From: Patescibacteria group bacterium
GTDB taxonomy: Bacteria > Patescibacteriota > Minisyncoccia > UBA6257 > UBA9933
Assembly: GCA_038065035.1 (NCBI GenBank)
Contig: JBBTRV010000003.1
Span: forward strand, 346 to 64,345
Length of the DNA stretch: 64,000 bases
Direction of reading: 5' to 3'
The notes beneath the pieces were generated by a model. The model was given only the letters and a program-made list of their open reading frames with translations, ran no database searches and was not told the origin of the DNA. Each line of letters begins with the position of its first letter. Position 1 is the first letter of the stretch. The position numbers and the translations under genes were made by a program. This document shows positions 57,352 to 64,000 of this stretch, one piece after another.

Positions 57352-59178
57352 TTACTGCACTATTAGCCCTAAAGGCGCGCTGGGAGGGGCAGTGTCAGCA
57401 GTTGCTGATACCAGCCTTATCTGGTCAAGCCAGGTATTGGATTCTCTTCCGTAAAAGGTAAAAGAATGGGTTCCTTGAGAAAGGTTATAGATCATTGGGT
57501 CGAATTCAGAGAATAAAGCGTTTCCATTCAGTCCCCTTAAGGAAACATTATCTTGAACGAAAATAGATGTCAAAGGGAGATCATATGTATACGTATCATT
57601 TCCTTGTACACTTTCACCATCAAGACCGATAAAGAATGAATCTCTGGCTACATTATTGTTAGAATTAACCCTTGCTTCAAGCATATATTTTCCTGCTATG
57701 TTTATATTGAATGTAAAATTTGCTGAACCCTGGTTGTCTGTGGTTGTATAGACATATGTATCTGAACTAGTTGTTCCGATTTGCATTGGAGAAGTTAATA
57801 TTCCTGATTCGGCTTCTATTATTTGTTCAGGAAGGAAAGTTTGAGCCGGAGCGTTATATTCATCGTTGTCTGTTAATGAAGAACAACCGGGATCATTAGG
57901 GTAATCTGTTAAGCCGTCAGAATCATTGTCTGTTCCGTCTGAACATTGGTAGGTGGGAGGCAAAATAAAGCCTGTTTGCAGAGGATGCGGATATGTGTAA
58001 GGAATAAAATAAGCAGTCCAAGTATTTGGAGCTGTGCATTTATAAAGCATACCGTCATTGCTTGTGCCATTAGTTTTGTGCCAATCTCCACCAGCATCTA
58101 TTTTCCAGTATGAAGCATTGACAGCACAGGTTGCCGGAAGAGTCGTGCCACTGTTTGCATCAATAACGTCAACCCCTGAAATTACATCAAAATCATTTAC
58201 AGAGCACCCGTCTTGGTTATAACGGATATCCATATCTGGGTTATCCCATTTATAAACAGGAGTTAAAATATTATTCTACCCATCTCCTACTCCATATAAA
58301 GTATTGTCACTTCCATCTAATACAGGTTCATTTACAAAATATGTCCTCGACACTCCTCTATTACCAAAGATAATGCCAGAACCACCACGAATACAGTAAA
58401 AGGAACCGCCAGTTATGGTATTATTATAAAGCTCCATCCACCTTCCTGAATAGTGGGTACGATTGCCATGATTATCCACCATTACAGTATTCAAGGTGGT
58501 ATTTCTAACAACGGTTCTTGCGCCGTAATAAGCCTGAAGCAAATTAGTTCCATTAAAAGGATTCTTTGTATTTATTGCTGTAATTGTGGAATCTTCAATA
58601 TATAATGCTTTAGGACTGCCTGGTATGGCCTCATTTGTCCATCCACCCGTGCTATTTACTCCATATCCCATATTTTGAATTGTCTCTTTATAATTAGGAA
58701 TATTTATGAAATTGCCATGATCTATTAGTCCGGGGCCATTATAGACCGTTATCATTGCATTTGCACTTGTACTATTCGGGTCAAACGTACTGTGATCTAT
58801 TCTCCAGGGCTTATTATTAAGACCCGACCCTGTGACAACAATCGCATCAACGGCAGTCCGAAAGGTAAAGTTTGTCACTCGTGCATAATAATTAGCTGTT
58901 GACGGAAGGGTAATCTTGCCAGTCATTGTCGCGCCATTCCCATCAAGGGTGATATTTTTAGTGGATGGGACTGCAACCGTTGTTGACCATGTATATGTTC
59001 CTCCTGCGCTACACTTTACTGTATCGCCATGGGCCGCATTGTTAAGGGCGGCTTGCACTGTGGCCGAACTACTGCAATCTACCAATATATCAGCTGCTTC
59101 GGAATTATTAGTTAATCCAAAAATTCCTAATAATAAGATTATTAATATGAGTATGTATTTTGAATTATTAATTATCAA
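57352..59178 (-). pseudogene. array paralog F: secreted beta-helix protein interrupted by an in-frame TAG
   Basis: ORFs 58276-59178 and 57352-58233 share a frame (GVGDG*NNILTPVYKWDNPDMDIRY) and would give 608 aa if read through. Carries the shared C-terminal module. Confidence 0.85.
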
Positions 59179-59186
59179 ATAATGTT

Positions 59187-60338
59187 TTATGTTTTAATTA
59201 TCATCTTATTATACTCTAAAGCCGCTATTCCTGGCAATTTTTTGCCGCCTAAAAATTCCAACATTGCCCCGCCGCCAGTAGAAAGAAATATATGTTTTTT
59301 ATCTTGATACTTGATACCTGATACCTGAAACAATGAAGTTGTTTCGCCGCCGCCGATTATAGCCTGCGCTTTGCTGCTTAAAATCACTTTGGCAATCGCT
59401 TTTGAGCCTTTCGCGAATTGCTCGTCTTCGAAATAGCCGACTGGCCCGTTCCAAATAATCATTTTCGCTTTTTTAATTAAATCAGAATATTTTTCAATTG
59501 TTTTTGGCCCGATATCTAAAATTTTCCTTTCATCAATAATAACATCCGAAGGCAAAATGATTTTTCCGGACTTTAAAAATTTTTTAGCCAACAACAGCAT
59601 GTCTTTTTCATATAAAGAATCTCCTATCGGCAAATTTTGCGCCGCCAAAAAAGTATTGGCAATGCCTCCGCCGACCAAAAAATAATCGGCCCTCCGCCGG
59701 CCGGTTAATAAAAAATTTTTAATTAGTCCGAGCTTATCGGAAATTTTTGCTCCGCCCAAAATAACTATTAAAGGTTTTTTAGGATTATTTATTGCCTCGG
59801 AAAGAGATTTTATTTCGCTTTCCATAAGCAAACCGGCGTATGACGGCAAAAATTTCGTAATAGCGGCTACTGATGCATTTTTCCTATGGCTCACGCTAAA
59901 AGCGTCATTAACGTAAAAATCTCCCAACGAAGCTAATTTTCTCGCTAATTTTTCGTCATTCCCTTCTTCTCCGTCAATCAATCTAAGATTTTCAAGCAAA
60001 AAAATACCGCACGCCGGACAACTTTTTATCCCTTCGCTGATTTTATAAAAATCAAAGTGGTTTATAAAATTTATTTTTTTCTTTAATTTGCTCTCTAAAA
60101 ATTCCGCCGCGAATTTAAGACTAAGATTTTTAGATGCCGCTCGCTCACCATGCTTCGGCCTGCCAAGATGGCTTAAAATAATAATTTTTGCTTTTTTAGC
60201 AAGCAAGAATTTTATTGTCGGCAGAATTTTTACCAATCGCGGATTAGAAAACAAATCACCGGAAACATTAAAATCAACCCGCAAAAGGCAAATTTTATTT
60301 TCTAAATCATTATTATTTAAAGATGATAAAAATTTCAT
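59187..60338 (-). CDS. pgk: phosphoglycerate kinase; ATG directly follows tRNA-Gly
   Basis: LRVDFNV, SHLGRP, LLENLR, NDAFSVSHR, GGAKISDK, WNGP and STGGGAMLEFL motifs. Confidence 0.96.
   Translation of the reverse strand: MKFLSSLNNNDLENKICLLRVDFNVSGDLFSNPRLVKILPTIKFLLAKKAKIIILSHLGRPKHGERAASKNLSLKFAAEFLESKLKKKINFINHFDFYKISEGIKSCPACGIFLLENLRLIDGEEGNDEKLARKLASLGDFYVNDAFSVSHRKNASVAAITKFLPSYAGLLMESEIKSLSEAINNPKKPLIVILGGAKISDKLGLIKNFLLTGRRRADYFLVGGGIANTFLAAQNLPIGDSLYEKDMLLLAKKFLKSGKIILPSDVIIDERKILDIGPKTIEKYSDLIKKAKMIIWNGPVGYFEDEQFAKGSKAIAKVILSSKAQAIIGGGETTSLFQVSGIKYQDKKHIFLSTGGGAMLEFLGGKKLPGIAALEYNKMIIKT
59303..59330 (-). repeat. heptamer tandem repeat, in-frame in pgk
   Basis: CTTGATA CTTGATA CCTGATA CCTGAAA encodes FQVSGIKYQ. 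Confidence 0.85.
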
Positions 60339-60409
60339 AGCGGGATACGAGAATCGAACTCGCATCTCAACCTTGGGAAGGTTGCGTACTGCCACTATAC
60401 TAATCCCGC
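60339..60409 (-). tRNA. tRNA-Gly(CCC)
   Basis: GCGGGAT...ATCCCGC-T, anticodon arm CAACC-TTCCCAA-GGTTG, AGTTCGATTCT; CCA not encoded. Confidence 0.93.
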
Positions 60410-60981
60410 AATTTATTTATTATAACTTCTTTTCCATTCCAATCAAATTCAGGCAATAAAACAATAACTTTTGTTTTTTCCTTAATTTCTTTCAGATATT
60501 CATCGATATTTTTATTATTTAAATACAGCCTGCCTTCGAAAATTTCTTTTTTTGCCATCGGTTCTAATATTTTCTTTTTAAAAATATCGTAAGAAAAGCC
60601 ATAAAGAATTTTCGCGGCTTCTTCGGCATTTTTTTCCTGATTAATATCGCTGATTTTATTATTGACCAATTTTTCTAAATCAGCTGATTTTATATCTTTT
60701 TTTAATTCCTTATCGATTAAAACATCCTCAATTAAACTGGTCAAAAGCGCGCTTTTTATTTCATTTTTTATTTCTTCTGACTGCAATAATTGAGAATCAC
60801 CGCCATAAACCCTCTGAGCTTGTTCATAATAATTCAATGACGCAGAAAAATTTTCATTAAAATTTTTCATAGTGATTATTTCCCAGCCAATCATAACAAC
60901 CGGATAATTTCTGGAAAAAATAAGCCAGCCGCCGGCAATCAATATAAACAATATTAAAATAAAAATTATCCGTTTTTTCAT
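60400..60981 (-). CDS. membrane-anchored SurA N-terminal-like hypothetical protein; stop codon lies inside tRNA-Gly
   Basis: N-terminal TM and helical body (ALLTSLIEDVLI...LYGFS); coupled to the lepA stop (TAATG). Confidence 0.75.
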   Translation of the reverse strand: MKKRIIFILILFILIAGGWLIFSRNYPVVMIGWEIITMKNFNENFSASLNYYEQAQRVYGGDSQLLQSEEIKNEIKSALLTSLIEDVLIDKELKKDIKSADLEKLVNNKISDINQEKNAEEAAKILYGFSYDIFKKKILEPMAKKEIFEGRLYLNNKNIDEYLKEIKEKTKVIVLLPEFDWNGKEVIINKLRD

Positions 60982-62792
60982 TATTGTATTATCTTCTTAA
61001 AAATCTCCGCTGATATCTTAACATTCGCCATTCCCAGCAGTTTCTTTTTGCCTTTTTTCTGTTTTTTCCAAAGCTTCATTTTCCTGCTTCGGTCGCCGCC
61101 GTAAAGATAGCCGGCAACGTCTTTTTTCAAGGCCGGAATTGTCTCGCGGGCGATAATTCTATTGCCGACTTCGGCTTGAATCGCCTGGCTAAATTGCTGG
61201 CGCGGCAAAATATCTTTCAATTTTTCAACCATTTTCCTGGCTTCTCTTTCAATTTTTTCTTCAGGAATCACCCTGACTAATCCTGCAACCGGCTTACCGG
61301 CAACTAAAATCTGCATTTTTTTCAAATCAGCTGTTTTATAACCGGACAATTCATAATTAAAAGACGCAAATCCCGCGGAAACTGATTTTAATTTATCGTC
61401 AAAATCGGAAATCAGTTCTGATAAAGGCATTTCAGCGGTAATTAAAATACGTTCGGCCATATTTTTCGTTTCAATATTTTCCATTCCGAAATTTTCTTTT
61501 AACTGAAAAATATTCCCTAAATAATCTGTCGGCGCGATAATTTCAATATTTATCATCGGTTCTGATATTTCATCAAAATCATCAGGCAAATCAGCCGGAT
61601 TTTCAACTATTTTAAACTCGCCATTTTTTTTAATTTTATAAGCAACCGATGGAAAGGTATTAATCACCTCTACTCCGAATTCTTTTTCCAAGCGCTCGGC
61701 AGTGATTTCAAAATGAAGCTTGCCCAAAAAACCGACTTTAAATCCCCTGCCCAAAACTTCATTAAAGTCCGCCTCAAAATTCAAAGCTGAATCATTTAAT
61801 TTTAATTTCTGAAGCGCGTTTTTTAAATCTTCATAATTATCAGCGTCATCGGGATAAAAACTTACGAATACCACCGGCTTCGGCTCGCTATAACCCGGCA
61901 ATGCAAAATCTTGACACCTGACACTTGACGCTTGACACCTGATAATAGTGTCTCCGATTTTTATTTTTTCCGGATCTTTTAATCCGGTAGCAATGTAACC
62001 AATTTCGCCATTCATAATTTTTCCCGATGGTTTTAATTTTGGAGAAAAATATCCCAATTCTTTAATTTTAAATTTTTCGTTTGCCGCAATAAGCTGAACA
62101 TCATCGCCGCTTTTAAATTCATCTCCGCCTCCGGAGGAAAAAACCCTCACTGACGCGATTATGCCCTTATGGTCGTCGTAGAAAGAATCAAATATCAAAG
62201 CTCTACCGAAATTAGAAATTGAAAATTGATAATTTAAAATTAAAGCTTTTGGCGGCGGTATTTCATTTATAATCGCTGTCAAAAGCTGCTGGACTCCTTC
62301 TCCTGTTTTGCCGGAAATTTTATGGATTTCCTCGAATTGGCAACCAATTAATTCAGCCAATTCTTTAATTTGCTTCTCGGCGTTAAAAGTTTTGGCTAAG
62401 TCTATTTTATTGACAGCGCCGATAATCTTTAAACCCTGCTTTTTAGCCGCGTAAAATTTAGCTAAAGTCTGCGCCTGGATACCCTGAGTAACGTCAACTA
62501 ATAAAATCGCTCCTTCAACCGCCGCCAACGCCCGAGAAACTTCATAGGAAAAATCAGGATGGCCCGGAGTATCTATCAAATTTAAAATATAATCATTATA
62601 TATCATCCTTACTGGCGCCATCTTAATTGTTATTCCCCTTTCCCTCTCTAATTCCAGTGAATCTAAAAATTGCGGCTTCATATGCCGGCTGTCAATTGTG
62701 TTTGTAAATTCTAAAAGCCTGTCAGCTAATGTTGACTTGCCATGGTCAATATGGCTGATAATGACAAAATTTCTAATATTACTATTGTCCAT
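60981..62792 (-). CDS. lepA: elongation factor 4
   Basis: IRNFVIISHIDHGKSTLADRL, LERERGITIK, DTPGH, GFLGKLH and LYGGDRSRKMKL motifs. Confidence 0.97.
   Translation of the reverse strand: MDNSNIRNFVIISHIDHGKSTLADRLLEFTNTIDSRHMKPQFLDSLELERERGITIKMAPVRMIYNDYILNLIDTPGHPDFSYEVSRALAAVEGAILLVDVTQGIQAQTLAKFYAAKKQGLKIIGAVNKIDLAKTFNAEKQIKELAELIGCQFEEIHKISGKTGEGVQQLLTAIINEIPPPKALILNYQFSISNFGRALIFDSFYDDHKGIIASVRVFSSGGGDEFKSGDDVQLIAANEKFKIKELGYFSPKLKPSGKIMNGEIGYIATGLKDPEKIKIGDTIIRCQASSVRCQDFALPGYSEPKPVVFVSFYPDDADNYEDLKNALQKLKLNDSALNFEADFNEVLGRGFKVGFLGKLHFEITAERLEKEFGVEVINTFPSVAYKIKKNGEFKIVENPADLPDDFDEISEPMINIEIIAPTDYLGNIFQLKENFGMENIETKNMAERILITAEMPLSELISDFDDKLKSVSAGFASFNYELSGYKTADLKKMQILVAGKPVAGLVRVIPEEKIEREARKMVEKLKDILPRQQFSQAIQAEVGNRIIARETIPALKKDVAGYLYGGDRSRKMKLWKKQKKGKKKLLGMANVKISAEIFKKIIQ
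61910..61944 (-). repeat. heptamer tandem repeat x5, in-frame in lepA
   Basis: CTTGACA CCTGACA CTTGACG CTTGACA CCTGATA encodes IRCQASSVRCQ. Confidence 0.88.
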
Positions 62793-62824
62793 AAGAACTA
62801 TTTTTTATATAATAATGAATAAAT

Positions 62825-63085
62825 ATGAGAAAAGCCATAATCTCAATTTTAGTGGTTTTGCTTTTAGCGCTTTTAACGCAGATTTATTTTACTTTCAAAG
62901 AAAGAAATCAGTTAAAAAGTAAACTTCAGACTTTAACCGCCAAAGCTCAAATATTAAGCGAAGAAAATAGTGAAATCAAATCGGAAATCGAATACTTTAA
63001 ACAGCCGAAAAATCTTGAAAAAGAACTGCGCTCAAAATTAAATTACAAAAAACCCGGCGAGAAAATGTTCATAATTACACAATGA
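62825..63085 (+). CDS. septum formation initiator (FtsB/DivIC-like)
   Basis: TM plus coiled coil, then LEKELRSKLNYKKPGEKMF. Confidence 0.8.
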   Translation: MRKAIISILVVLLLALLTQIYFTFKERNQLKSKLQTLTAKAQILSEENSEIKSEIEYFKQPKNLEKELRSKLNYKKPGEKMFIITQ

Positions 63086-64000
63086 AAAAAGGTTTTTCCT
63101 TAATAGAGCTTCTTATCTATGTTTCAATATTCGCCGTTGCCGGCGGAATGATGCTTGGCATTTTAGCTTTAATTTTAAAAGTCAACCAAAGGGAATCTTC
63201 AACCGGCGAAATAACCAGCCAGATGAATTTTATCAGCCAAACCATTTCTAGATTAGTGCGAAGTTCTTCAAATATTGAAATTGACGCCGGCGTTGCCACC
63301 TCAACGTTAAAACTTAGAATGAAAAATTCCGCAAAAGATCCCACTTGTATCTACCTTGACAGCGTAAACAAAATAATAAAATTAGCCGAAGGCCCTGACA
63401 CAAATCCCCAAAATTGTTCGCCAACCGCTTCAAATTTAACTAATGACCGAATTAAAGTTGATAAATTGGAATTTATTAAATCAACCCAATATCCGGGCAA
63501 TGATTCAGTCAGCATGAATATTCAAATGAGCTATAACAGCCCTAATCCGGGCGCTCAAGCAACTCGCGAAATTAAATCCGCTTCGATGAGATTTTCAACC
63601 GCGGAATTCAGCGATAATATCCTTCCTTTTAACGACGCACTTTATGACATCGGTTCGTCAACCAGCCGCTGGCGCAACGCCGCTTTTTCCGGAAATTTAT
63701 TTGTCGCCGGCAATGTCGGCATCGGCACAACAACGCCAAGCGAAAAATTAACGGTTGTTGACGGAAATATTTCAAATATTAATAATACGCCGGTCAAAGT
63801 GGGAACGGCTACTTTGCCGATAGGAGAAAATATGGAAAGCGGCGAATCAATCGCTGTTTCCGGGCGTTATGCTTATGTTTTAGCTAAGACAACTACGGGC
63901 AATCCTAATATAGTAGAAGTGATAGATGTTTCCAATCTTTCTAGCCCGGCCAAAGTGGGAATGGTTACCTTAAATCCAGGAGAAGCTTATGGCGAATCAA
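63082..64000 (+). CDS. 3'-truncated prepilin-type protein fused to fibre-like and LVIVD-like repeats (not in the ORF track)
   Basis: MKKG|FSLIELLIYVSIFAV..., later YDIGSSTSRWRN, GNVGIGTTTP and IAVSGRYAYV...EVIDVSNLSSP; the frame is open to the window end. Confidence 0.85.
   Translation, partial: MKKGFSLIELLIYVSIFAVAGGMMLGILALILKVNQRESSTGEITSQMNFISQTISRLVRSSSNIEIDAGVATSTLKLRMKNSAKDPTCIYLDSVNKIIKLAEGPDTNPQNCSPTASNLTNDRIKVDKLEFIKSTQYPGNDSVSMNIQMSYNSPNPGAQATREIKSASMRFSTAEFSDNILPFNDALYDIGSSTSRWRNAAFSGNLFVAGNVGIGTTTPSEKLTVVDGNISNINNTPVKVGTATLPIGENMESGESIAVSGRYAYVLAKTTTGNPNIVEVIDVSNLSSPAKVGMVTLNPGEAYGES

Noticed and set aside
58276-58278. Genome-wide stop-codon reassignment
   Set aside because: TAG (rplS) and TGA (dprA, def) end conserved genes at the expected positions; only this one internal TAG was seen.
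1-64000. CRISPR array or cas genes
   Set aside because: No regularly spaced 25-45 bp repeats with unique spacers; the tandem repeats seen are contiguous 7-8-mers.

Overview
This is a low-GC chromosomal segment of a Patescibacteria/CPR (Parcubacteria-like) bacterium; the taxonomy is inferred from gene content. It uses the standard genetic code and most genes lie on the minus strand. Housekeeping genes include rplS, dprA, topA, rel, parB, rpsF-ssb-rpsR, rpoB-rpoC, mltG, rodA, tsaD, rpmB, ndk, ahpC, sod, def-fmt, rnhA, pgk and lepA. There are 7 tRNAs, RNase P RNA, a very compact 6S-like RNA, a type IV pilus cluster and a decayed toxin-antitoxin patch. The main accessory region (42.9-59.2 kb) is an array of six paralogous secreted beta-helix proteins. 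They have divergent passenger domains, patchwork-shared C-terminal modules and the same terminal orphan FN3-like strand. Two copies are interrupted (a G7 frameshift and an in-frame TAG), and toxin-antitoxin modules sit between the repeats. Other notable signals: tRNAs that supply the stop codon of the upstream gene and/or directly abut the next ATG; a twice-occurring structured element with a conserved core but unrelated flanking stems; and palindromic and heptamer repeats written in-frame into essential genes. All calls come from visual reading and motif recognition; no searches or folding programs were run.
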